NCBI GenBank assembly: GCA_045546155.1 | Contig: JAZQCG010000005.1 | Coordinates: 14,770 to 78,769, forward strand | Length of the DNA stretch: 64,000 nucleotides | Direction of reading: 5' to 3' | Source: Candidatus Enterousia sp. | GTDB taxonomy: Bacteria > Pseudomonadota > Alphaproteobacteria > Rs-D84 | Shown here: positions 1 to 8,303 of the stretch, in pieces | How the letters are laid out: every line of letters starts with the position of its first letter | Position numbering within the stretch: the stretch's first letter is position 1 | Notes under the pieces: generated by a model | The model's database searches: none | Told to the model about the DNA's origin: nothing | The model's input: only the letters and a program-made list of their open reading frames with translations | Made by a program: the position numbers and the translations under genes

Positions 1-737
1 GCGACAACATCCATCATATTAATTGGCGCTATACGCATAGAATCCGCCATTATTTTATTCAAAGAATCAACAGACATTGCGTTATCAAGTGCACCAATTA
101 AACCGCCCGATGACACGTCCCCACGCAACAAATTTATAAAGCCACCCAATTTACTATCCAATATCTTGGTATAATCTGTTTCCCGCCCCAGGCGCAAATA
201 AGATTTTCCATCTTCAATATATGAACTAAGTGCAAACATTGGATTTATCGTACCGTTTGACACAACGCGAATATAGGCATCTGAATCAACCCCAGATAAA
301 ATTGGCCGTCCAATTACAGCCTCTATATCATTGAATATCAAATTTATATTACCTGTCAGATTTAAATCAGCAACCGCACCCATGTCCCACACCACAGATG
401 AATCATGCAACAATATTTCATCTGCACCACTGCCGATACGCATTACATCTGATAACTTTATTCCATTTGCATCTACAACATGCAGCTCATAATCCACATT
501 TACATTTATTGGATTAACATCTGCGGCTGTTGTGACAACTTGAACCACACTTGCACCGTCCGCCAATGTAAAGTTTACGTTAAAGACACCACGATTATGT
601 ATTTCAAGTCTGCAGCCATCACACAAACTTATATCGGTATTAACATCCGTGTTATTTTCCAGAACATGTGAGCCCATTACCACTATGTCTGGCACGGCAA
701 TATTTGCCCCTGCGACAAAGACCACATCCGTATCCAT
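1..737 (-). CDS. Partial CDS running off the window at position 1; N-terminal part of a large surface/autotransporter-like protein
   Basis: The minus-strand frame is open from about 865 to 1. It is absent from the ORF track because it is truncated. The first ATG is at 737 (MDTDVVFVAGANI...); an alternative GTG is at 824. The stretch ...LRLGRETDYTKILD...ALDNAMSVDSLNKIMADSMRIAP resembles autotransporter passenger/linker regions by eye only. Confidence 0.4.
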   Translation of the reverse strand, partial: MDTDVVFVAGANIAVPDIVVMGSHVLENNTDVNTDISLCDGCRLEIHNRGVFNVNFTLADGASVVQVVTTAADVNPINVNVDYELHVVDANGIKLSDVMRIGSGADEILLHDSSVVWDMGAVADLNLTGNINLIFNDIEAVIGRPILSGVDSDAYIRVVSNGTINPMFALSSYIEDGKSYLRLGRETDYTKILDSKLGGFINLLRGDVSSGGLIGALDNAMSVDSLNKIMADSMRIAPINMMDVV

Positions 738-857
738 ATAATACGTACCAGAAGCATCCAGACCATAAACATAATCGACCGCAGTATCCACAACTATCCT
801 TTGATTACGACGAAGATAGCACACAGCGGATAAAAATCCTAATACAAAACCAGAAAG

Positions 858-879
858 AATCCCGGGTCACCCCGGGATT
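858..879 (-). terminator. Hairpin downstream of the lipoprotein gene
   Basis: Inverted repeat AATCCCGGG-tcac-CCCGGGATT, 24 nt after the stop at 903. The U-tract on the minus strand is only moderate. Confidence 0.45.
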
Positions 880-902
880 TATATTAATGCTTAAACCAAT
901 AT

Positions 903-1454
903 TTATTTTTCCAGCATACCCCATCCAGCTTTATAACCGCCATCGCGTTCCAGCCAGATTTTAGCACCCTTTAATTGTGCGGCACTCATACCCTGAATCA
1001 TATATGTCTGATCTAATTTACGGCTCATACCTGTTTCAAGCATTGGCAATTTAACATTAATTGGTGTTTTGTTACAGCAGCCTGTTTCACCATATGCGCA
1101 TACACCACATTTTGCCAATTTAATTGTGTATGGTACGCCCGGACGCAAATCTTTCAAATCAACGACCATTTTCAAACCATTGTCCGTATCATGGAATTTG
1201 ATATGCCCCATATATGATGTGCCACCGTGACTGCTGCGGGTGTACATTTTTGCATAAACCTTGTCAACATCTGCATTTTCATATGTCTGGTATACAACAA
1301 TCGTATCAGACTCTACCATTTCAACAGGCTGTGCATATACTGCCTTTTTATGATGATGTGCTTTCTTTTCTGGACATCCTGAACAGGCACTTAACAGTGC
1401 TGCAACACCCAAGACTGATGCAAACATAAACATTTTTTTCATTGCGTTTTTCAT
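903..1454 (-). CDS. Lipoprotein, possibly a SodC-fold protein lacking the Cu/Zn ligands
   Basis: Signal peptide plus lipobox (VAALLSAC). GHIKFHDTDNGLKMVVDLKDLRPGVPYTIKL, LKGAKIWLERDG and GGYKAGWGML line up by eye with SodC strands. The HxH metal motif is replaced by YTIKLA. Confidence 0.6.
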   Translation of the reverse strand: MKNAMKKMFMFASVLGVAALLSACSGCPEKKAHHHKKAVYAQPVEMVESDTIVVYQTYENADVDKVYAKMYTRSSHGGTSYMGHIKFHDTDNGLKMVVDLKDLRPGVPYTIKLAKCGVCAYGETGCCNKTPINVKLPMLETGMSRKLDQTYMIQGMSAAQLKGAKIWLERDGGYKAGWGMLEK

Positions 1455-1640
1455 AAGAGTTCTCCTTTTGTTTCCTTATGGTTACGAAAAACATTTTATA
1501 ATATTTTTATCCATATTTCGCCAGGTTTGATTCCCTAGGAATCCCCAGAAACAATGCGTATAGCACATGAATAGACACCTATATTTAAAAACAACAAAAG
1601 ATGATATTTTTATCATGCACACATAAAAAAAGGATAAAAA

Positions 1641-2000
1641 ATGTACACATTGATGCAACACTTAATAGCATTTAAATACGCATGCAAAATCAATCATTGG
1701 TCAACAGATTCATATTCAGAACACCTGCTGTATGACCGTCTGACCGAAGATTTGGACACATTTGCAGACAACATTGCCGAATCGCATTTCATGGCATTAA
1801 ACAAAAAAGATGTTTTTAAACCAGATTTACTAAATTCAAAAATCATCAACAAAGATCTGGTAAAAATGTGCAACACAATTATTGAATATCTGGAAAAGTT
1901 ACAAAACGACAACGATTTAAACGAAGGCGACCTGTCACTGCTGGGCGATATCGAATCGGCATTTCTGGGCAAATTAGCCTTAGCCAAACTAATGAAATAA
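1641..2000 (+). CDS. Short Dps/ferritin-like four-helix-bundle protein
   Basis: NHWSTDSYSEHLLYDRLTEDLDTFADNIAE resembles the Dps HW...H...D...E ferroxidase region. SD-like AAAGGA lies upstream and a terminator follows. Confidence 0.5.
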   Translation: MYTLMQHLIAFKYACKINHWSTDSYSEHLLYDRLTEDLDTFADNIAESHFMALNKKDVFKPDLLNSKIINKDLVKMCNTIIEYLEKLQNDNDLNEGDLSLLGDIESAFLGKLALAKLMK

Positions 2001-2004
2001 TAAC

Positions 2005-2030
2005 GCCCCACTTTTGTGGGGCATTATATT
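2005..2030 (+). terminator. Rho-independent terminator
   Basis: GCCCCAC-tttt-GTGGGGC hairpin followed by a T-rich tail. Confidence 0.6.
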
Positions 2031-2159
2031 TATTCTGATATTACAACCCCAATACGGGTTTCATCATACCAACACGCATAAATGATATATATTTTAAATC
2101 GCTGAACGAATCGGGCAACCATTGGTCCATCAACAAATAAATCAAAACAATTTTTACAC

Positions 2160-2186
2160 AAAAAACGCCGGCAAGATTGCCGGCGT
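2160..2186 (-). terminator. Rho-independent terminator of the OMP gene
   Basis: ACGCCGGCAA-ga-TTGCCGGCGT hairpin with a U-run on the minus strand, 23 nt after the stop at 2209. Confidence 0.7.
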
Positions 2187-2208
2187 CCATATGAACGAAA
2201 TGTCATGC

Positions 2209-2820
2209 TTAGAACATAAAGCGGATACCAACATCCCCGCCGAAATTATGCAGACCTGAATTAACGTCCACATAGTTATAGCGTGCCGCCAAATCAACTG
2301 CAAAGCGTTTCATATCAAACGTTACACCCATCGTTCCCATCGCCGAGAAGGATGTTTTGCTGTTTCCATGACGTGGGACATTTGTGCCACTGCGTGTAAT
2401 ATCTGTGAACGCAACACCGGCACCCATACCAAAGAACGGACGAACAACTTCGTATGGTCCAAATTCCCAATAACCGTTCATTAACAATGTCTGCATTTTA
2501 GCTTTGATTTTTGCATCGCCAACACTGCCAAAGTTTTCGGTATCTTCTAACTTGCCAAAGATAGACCATTCAACTTCTGCACGCATTTTATCACAAACTT
2601 CTAAACCCAATGCTGCACGACCTTGCAAAATAGTATCTGTCAAAGATTCTTTTTGCCCGTTATAGCGATAGTTTAAATTTGTATATGATGCACCACCACG
2701 TAAACCAACATATGGGTCCATACCCCACATTGTCCAGCTACTGCCCTGGTTTGGGTTATTCATAGCGAACGCAGGGCACGCCAATAACACCGCCAGTGTT
2801 GATATTGCTAATTTTTTCAT
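2209..2820 (-). CDS. Outer-membrane beta-barrel protein (Omp25/OmpW-like small porin family)
   Basis: Signal peptide MKKLAISTLAVLLACPAFA, alternating beta-strand pattern, C-terminal aromatic signature ...GIRFMF. Confidence 0.75.
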   Translation of the reverse strand: MKKLAISTLAVLLACPAFAMNNPNQGSSWTMWGMDPYVGLRGGASYTNLNYRYNGQKESLTDTILQGRAALGLEVCDKMRAEVEWSIFGKLEDTENFGSVGDAKIKAKMQTLLMNGYWEFGPYEVVRPFFGMGAGVAFTDITRSGTNVPRHGNSKTSFSAMGTMGVTFDMKRFAVDLAARYNYVDVNSGLHNFGGDVGIRFMF

Positions 2821-2976
2821 TTTTTCTCCTTTTATAGATTTTGTTTTTTGTTTTTCGTTTCATGTCAACACCCTAATTCTATCAACCGAATATAAATATT
2901 TGCATAGGTATGAATTCCATGGGAAAAACATCCAAGAAAACAAAATAAAAACGGCCACACCGTGACCGTTTATTTC

Positions 2977-3052
2977 TGGTGGACGCGCAGGGACTCGAAC
3001 CCTGGACCCACTGATTAAGAGTCAGTTGCTCTACCAACTGAGCTACGCATCC
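2977..3052 (-). tRNA. tRNA-Lys (anticodon CUU), CCA encoded
   Basis: The reverse complement reads GGATGCGTAGCTCAGTTGGTAGAGCAACTGACTCTTAATCAGTGGGTCCAGGGTTCGAGTCCCTGCGCGTCCACCA. It folds as a cloverleaf with anticodon loop cuCUUaa and a GGTTCGAGTCC T-arm. Confidence 0.93.
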
Positions 3053-3115
3053 AGAACTGAAATTCTTCTTCAGAACGGGGCATATTATAGACATTTTTAC
3101 ACAAAATGCAAGTTT

Positions 3116-4327
3116 TTATAATTCTGTGCATCTAACCAGTATACATTTTGGGCGCAGTTCTATATTTTTTATATCTTCGACCGTCTGTGCGCCCGCCAAT
3201 GTCATAACGCGCGACAAATCTTGTTTAAGATAATCAAATAACGAAACAACCCCCTTCCATCCCCCTATGGATAATGCATAAATCACAGGTCGACCAATTG
3301 CAACCACATCTGCACCGGCGGCAATTGCCTTGAATATATGCGTGCCATTTCTGATACCACTGTCAAAAATAATAGGAACACGTTTATTTACACGCGCGGC
3401 AATTTCTGGCAAAACTTCAATTGATGCCGGCGCACCATCTAGTTGCCGCCCACCATGATTTGATACCCATATTGCATCTGCACCCGCTGCGATTGCTGCA
3501 TCTGCATCATCGGGATGTTGGATACCCTTCACAATTACGGGCAACCGTGTAAAAGATTTCACATATCGCACTGTATCCGATGCGAATCGGTTTTGTGCAG
3601 CGGCAAATATCGCACCAATGCCCTGCCCCTTGGTATCACCAGACTTGTTTGCAACATTTGGTAACGCCAGCGGGAATTTAAAATCATTTTTCGCATCCCG
3701 AAACCTGTTACCACCAATCGGCGCATCCACCGTCAAAACAATCGCACGCATCCCCAGACTTTCCGCCAATCGTACAATTTGGCGATTAAACGCATCATCC
3801 TTGCTAAGGTATAATTGAAACCATTGTGGCGCGCCACCACCGGCTGCTGCAATATCACGCAACGGCGAACTGGCATAATTACTGATTGCCATAATTGTAT
3901 CAACCGCTGCGGCGGCACGGGCTGTTCCAGCCTCAGCCGAGATATGCGCCAATCCATGCGCCGCCGCCGGCGCAATTATTACCGGCATTGAAATATCAAT
4001 TCCCAACACAGACGTCTTTAAATCTGGTTTATCCACGCCACGCAAAACACGTGGCACAATATCTATGTCGTCAAATGCGCTTATATTGCGCTGTAATGTT
4101 TTTTCTGATTCTGCCCCGCCCGCAATATAGTCAAAGCCACCACGCGGAATAACCATCGATGCGCGCGCTTCTAATTCATTTACATCAATTATTTCAATTG
4201 GATTAACATTTGTTGGCACATTGTATTTTTGATTTTCCATACGCATGCGATTATACCGATACAAGATATATCCCACCGCTGATGCAATCATACAAATAAA
4301 CAAGACCCAGATAAAAATTCTTCTCAT
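3116..4327 (-). CDS. FMN-dependent alpha-hydroxy-acid oxidase/dehydrogenase (L-lactate oxidase/LldD family) with a hydrophobic N-terminal extension
   Basis: GGFDYIAGGAESEKTLQRN, VKGI, SNHGGRQLDG and DSGIRNG motifs of the glycolate/lactate oxidase family. The N-terminus MRRIFIWVLFICMIASAVG is a TM or signal-like segment. Confidence 0.85.
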   Translation of the reverse strand: MRRIFIWVLFICMIASAVGYILYRYNRMRMENQKYNVPTNVNPIEIIDVNELEARASMVIPRGGFDYIAGGAESEKTLQRNISAFDDIDIVPRVLRGVDKPDLKTSVLGIDISMPVIIAPAAAHGLAHISAEAGTARAAAAVDTIMAISNYASSPLRDIAAAGGGAPQWFQLYLSKDDAFNRQIVRLAESLGMRAIVLTVDAPIGGNRFRDAKNDFKFPLALPNVANKSGDTKGQGIGAIFAAAQNRFASDTVRYVKSFTRLPVIVKGIQHPDDADAAIAAGADAIWVSNHGGRQLDGAPASIEVLPEIAARVNKRVPIIFDSGIRNGTHIFKAIAAGADVVAIGRPVIYALSIGGWKGVVSLFDYLKQDLSRVMTLAGAQTVEDIKNIELRPKCILVRCTEL

Positions 4328-4398
4328 AATAAAATCCCCCGTTATTTATGACTTTATCATAACGGGGGATTGCAAATTTATACGACACTATTCCCAGA

Positions 4399-5727
4399 TT
4401 ATTTAAGATAATTCGATGGATTATATGCCTTTGTTCCTTTGCGTATTTCAAAGTGCAATTGTGGGGAATCAACCTTGCCGGATGCGCCAACCGTACCAAT
4501 TTTTTGACCAACACTTACACGTGTGCCGCGCTTAACCGCCAACGAATCCATATGGGCATAAACCGTCATCCATCCAGACGCATGCTGAATAATAATCAGA
4601 TTTCCCATCCCCTTTACTTCGTTTCCAGCATATGCCACAACACCATTTTCTGCGGCTTTAACAACCGTACCACGTGCGGCACTAATATTTATACCATCGT
4701 TAAACAGTCCGCTGGATTTAGCCCCATAATGCGACAAAATCTTTCCACGTACCGGCCACGAAAACTTAGACGACGAACGCGCTGTTATTGTTGGCAATTT
4801 CTTGGACGGATCTGATGAAATCTTTTTTGTTTCTTTTTTTACCGGTGCGGTTGTTGCAACCTTATCTGTTGCGATTTTTTGTTTGGTCTCTGGCTTTGTA
4901 GCTTCTGCCACCTTGACATTTGCAGCCCCCAGATTTGGCACTTTTAATTTTTGCCCCACCGACAACGTAAATGGTGCTTTTAATTTATTCATAACCGCCA
5001 AATCATTTACCGGCACAGAATATTTGCGCGACAACGAATACAGCGTATCACCCGGTCCGACCTTAATATCCGTCAGTGCTACACGCGTCGTTGTTTGAAC
5101 ACCAGTCGCCTTTTTAACCGGCACAGAAATAACATCCGACGTTACCACAGACCGCACTACACCAGGTAAATTTAATTTCTGCCCCACAGATAATGTATAC
5201 GGTGCACTTAATTTATTAGCCGCCGCCAATTCATCAACCGTCGTATTATGTTTACGCGCTAATGAATACATTGTATCCCCACGCGCAACAATAATTTCAT
5301 TTTGTTTGATTTCATCCCTATCCGGTGTTCCACCATACATTGGCACACGCAAATAATCATCTGTGCTGGCATCTGGCGTTGAATCGATTGGCGATTCGTA
5401 TTCAGCGACCACTACCACTTCTTCTGGCTTAGACACATCTGCCACCTGGGGTGGGATGATATAATCATCAACCGATGCATACGTCACATAATCGTCCATC
5501 GTCGATGTATCTGTGCCATACAAATCTGGGGATGCATATATGCCATAGTCTGTTGCCGCCGATGCATAAATTTCCGGATTTGTATTCGGATCCGCCAGCA
5601 ATGCTGGATACCGCGCAGAAATAAAATCCCCCACCGTATCTGGCAATGTTAGAATTTTCGGCTGCAAATCACACCCAACCAACATGGGCAAAAAAAACAC
5701 AGATAAAATCGAACTGATTTTTTTCAC
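4399..5727 (-). CDS. nlpD: LysM-domain / M23 (LytM) lipoprotein, NlpD-like amidase activator
   Basis: Lipobox LPMLVGC and two LysM repeats (GDTMYSLARKH..., GDTLYSLSRKY...). The C-terminal LytM domain has degenerate metal ligands (NDGINIS instead of HxGxDI), as in NlpD. Confidence 0.85.
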   Translation of the reverse strand: MKKISSILSVFFLPMLVGCDLQPKILTLPDTVGDFISARYPALLADPNTNPEIYASAATDYGIYASPDLYGTDTSTMDDYVTYASVDDYIIPPQVADVSKPEEVVVVAEYESPIDSTPDASTDDYLRVPMYGGTPDRDEIKQNEIIVARGDTMYSLARKHNTTVDELAAANKLSAPYTLSVGQKLNLPGVVRSVVTSDVISVPVKKATGVQTTTRVALTDIKVGPGDTLYSLSRKYSVPVNDLAVMNKLKAPFTLSVGQKLKVPNLGAANVKVAEATKPETKQKIATDKVATTAPVKKETKKISSDPSKKLPTITARSSSKFSWPVRGKILSHYGAKSSGLFNDGINISAARGTVVKAAENGVVAYAGNEVKGMGNLIIIQHASGWMTVYAHMDSLAVKRGTRVSVGQKIGTVGASGKVDSPQLHFEIRKGTKAYNPSNYLK

Positions 5728-5747
5728 ACCACAATTATATCATAAAA

Positions 5748-6455
5748 TCAATCACGTCGCATGAATAAAATACTGATTTCAAACAATAACCACAATGGCA
5801 ATGCCAATAAAATCTGGCTAACTACATCCGGCGGGGTTAATACAGCCGCAATTACCACAATTCCAACAATCGCATAACGGCGCATTTTTATAACACACCC
5901 ACGTCCCAAAACACCAATACGATTTAACAAAACCATTACTAGCGGTAATTGAAATGCAATCCCAAATACTTTTAACAATCCAATCGCAAACCCCAGATAA
6001 TCACGCGCCGCTGGCATAACCATTGCCGGCACTGGCGATGATAAATTTAAATCCACAAAGAATTTAAACACCACTGGAAGCAACACATAAAATGCAAACG
6101 CCATCCCTAACACAAACAGCACCGGCGACATAACCAAAAACGGCCAAATAAAATTACGTTCTTTGCTTTTCAACCCCGGGGCAACAAACGCCCATATATG
6201 CCACAGCGCCACCGGCAAAATCAAAAATATCGCAAATGTCAATCCCAACGAAAAACTTATCATTAATCCGTCAGATAATCCCCCATACAAAAACGCCCCG
6301 TCCGGCCACACATTTAACAGTGGCACAGTTAAAAAATCTTGAATGATTGGCGACAAATAAATTCCCACAAAAAAAGCGACAACAAATATCAACAACGTCC
6401 ATAAAATACGGCGACGCATTTCAGCAAAATGTTGCATAATTGTCATCTTTTTCAT
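5748..6455 (-). CDS. tatC: Twin-arginine translocase subunit TatC
   Basis: HFAEMRRRILW start motif and six TM segments typical of TatC. The start overlaps the tatB stop. Confidence 0.9.
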   Translation of the reverse strand: MKKMTIMQHFAEMRRRILWTLLIFVVAFFVGIYLSPIIQDFLTVPLLNVWPDGAFLYGGLSDGLMISFSLGLTFAIFLILPVALWHIWAFVAPGLKSKERNFIWPFLVMSPVLFVLGMAFAFYVLLPVVFKFFVDLNLSSPVPAMVMPAARDYLGFAIGLLKVFGIAFQLPLVMVLLNRIGVLGRGCVIKMRRYAIVGIVVIAAVLTPPDVVSQILLALPLWLLFEISILFMRRD

Positions 6456-6724
6456 TTTTTCCCCCGACCTGATTTTTTTATCGGCTTTGAAAATTCAGAC
6501 AAAATATCATCCGTAGTAGTTTTGATTAAATCATCAATTGGCGCTTCGCGTTCAATCTGCTCTTTAATTTTTTCGGATGCATCTGTAACCCGCCAAATAA
6601 TACCGCGAACAAATTTCACCACACGTGCCAAAAATTTTGCGACATCTGGCCACATCCGCGCCGGAATAACCAGCACCGCCACCAACAAAACAACTAAAAA
6701 TTCAGCCCAACTTATCCCAAACAT
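6452..6724 (-). CDS. tatB: Twin-arginine translocase subunit TatB
   Basis: MFGISWAEFLVVLLVAVLVIPARMWP: TatA/B-type N-terminal TM plus amphipathic helix. It sits directly upstream of tatC. Confidence 0.8.
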   Translation of the reverse strand: MFGISWAEFLVVLLVAVLVIPARMWPDVAKFLARVVKFVRGIIWRVTDASEKIKEQIEREAPIDDLIKTTTDDILSEFSKPIKKSGRGKK

Positions 6725-6729
6725 TTTAT

Positions 6730-7344
6730 TTAATCATAGAAATCATCGCCACCACTGGTACTTACTGTTTTATGACGTGCAATCTGGAAAAAATCCCGTC
6801 CAAAATTTGTTTTTGTTTTCAGATTATTAAACGCAACATCTGTTTTTGCACCCGTCGCATCAACCACCGACCAAGAATTCAAGCGCACTGGATTTTTATC
6901 AAAAACAACCGTCATATTGCCCAAACCTTCCTGGCCTTTTAAATTCATTTTTAATGCAAATGTGTTTTTATTATCTGTGGTTTCAACAACATTAATATCT
7001 GCATTACGCAAATCAATATTTTTGCGAACCAGTATCCCAGCTGGCGTACTGGTCAATGGCACAGTCGTAATTTGATCCAATGATTTATCAAAAAAATACA
7101 AATCATCCCCATCTGAAATTAATTGTATCGGCATATTTGCATAGTCTAAACGCACACGTCCCGGTCGCAACATTGCAAAATCCCCACGTTCATCACGACC
7201 CGCAGCCGTCTGGACAAAACCACCCGCCAGCCCCGTAATTGAATTCAAATATTTTTCCGCATTTACCACCAAAGATGTATCAACCGCAGCATTTGCCGCG
7301 CCACACATCAACACACACACCAAGACTAAAATCTTTTTAAACAT
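6730..7344 (-). CDS. lolA: Outer-membrane lipoprotein carrier protein LolA
   Basis: Signal peptide and a LolA-like pattern (GGFVQT...GDFAMLRPGRVRLDY...LISDGDDLYFFD). Confidence 0.75.
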   Translation of the reverse strand: MFKKILVLVCVLMCGAANAAVDTSLVVNAEKYLNSITGLAGGFVQTAAGRDERGDFAMLRPGRVRLDYANMPIQLISDGDDLYFFDKSLDQITTVPLTSTPAGILVRKNIDLRNADINVVETTDNKNTFALKMNLKGQEGLGNMTVVFDKNPVRLNSWSVVDATGAKTDVAFNNLKTKTNFGRDFFQIARHKTVSTSGGDDFYD

Positions 7345-8300
7345 TATTTAATTTCCCCCCGAAATAATTCGATAATGCGATTAAGAACATCTTCAACCGG
7401 TTCATTTAAAACCGCCCCCGCTGCACACATGTGTCCACCACCCCCCAGTGCCTCTGCAATATGATTAACTGGCTGTCCACGACTGCGCAACGATACACCT
7501 GTCTGATTTTCTTTTTGTTCTTTAAGCATCGCGATGTATTCCACACCTTTAATTGACCCTAACAGATTCAACACCGTATCGCCACGTCCGTCCAGGTATT
7601 TATAATCCTTGTGTGGAACAATTGCGACGGCCAGTTTCCCTTTAAACCAAAACTGTGCACGTGACACGACACCAGCTTCCATTACAACGGACTTGCGTGG
7701 TTTATTGCGCAGCGCTTCAACCAAATGGCGCAATACAACCCCATTATCAATTAATTCAGCCATAATTTGCATGACGCGCCCATCGCGTACAAACTTAAAA
7801 TTCCCAGTATCTGTAATCAATGCAACCGCCAACAAATCCAGAACATCTTTATCAAAAGTCCAATTTGCAGACTTCATAATTTCAAAAATTATCTGACCAA
7901 CCGCAGCGGCATTTTCATCATCCAAGCACAACGCCCCTAATTTTTCATCATTTTGATGATGATCAATTTCAACAATGAAACGTGCATTATCTACAATCGG
8001 ACGTGCGCCCCCAATATGCTTTGGCGTACCATAGTCCAGCAAGATAACCAAATCATAAACTTCTGATAAATCAACACGCTCATAATATTTAATCCATGAC
8101 CGCATTGGCATTTCATCCAAGTATTCTGGGATATTGCCGTCATAAATGCACGTTGCGCGCACACCATAGTTTAATTCAATTAACTTCGCCAGCGCCAGCA
8201 CACTGCAATACGAATCGCCATCAGGATTTTTATGTCCCATAATTGCGATGTTTTTCGCACCACGAATTTTTTCAATAAAATCTTTTATATTTTGTTCCAT
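7344..8300 (-). CDS. DHH-family phosphoesterase (NrnA-like oligoribonuclease/pAp phosphatase)
   Basis: HKNPDGDSYCS, DHH (EIDHHQN) and GGGH motifs. Confidence 0.85.
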   Translation of the reverse strand: MEQNIKDFIEKIRGAKNIAIMGHKNPDGDSYCSVLALAKLIELNYGVRATCIYDGNIPEYLDEMPMRSWIKYYERVDLSEVYDLVILLDYGTPKHIGGARPIVDNARFIVEIDHHQNDEKLGALCLDDENAAAVGQIIFEIMKSANWTFDKDVLDLLAVALITDTGNFKFVRDGRVMQIMAELIDNGVVLRHLVEALRNKPRKSVVMEAGVVSRAQFWFKGKLAVAIVPHKDYKYLDGRGDTVLNLLGSIKGVEYIAMLKEQKENQTGVSLRSRGQPVNHIAEALGGGGHMCAAGAVLNEPVEDVLNRIIELFRGEIK

Positions 8301-8303
8301 ATT

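Noticed and set aside
480-964. Two plus-strand ORFs (63 aa and 98 aa)
   Set aside because: They overlap a minus-strand frame that is open for more than 280 codons with protein-like composition. The plus-strand translations are low-complexity.
2882-3094. 70-aa minus-strand ORF
   Set aside because: It is entirely explained by the tRNA-Lys gene at 2977-3052 and its flanks.
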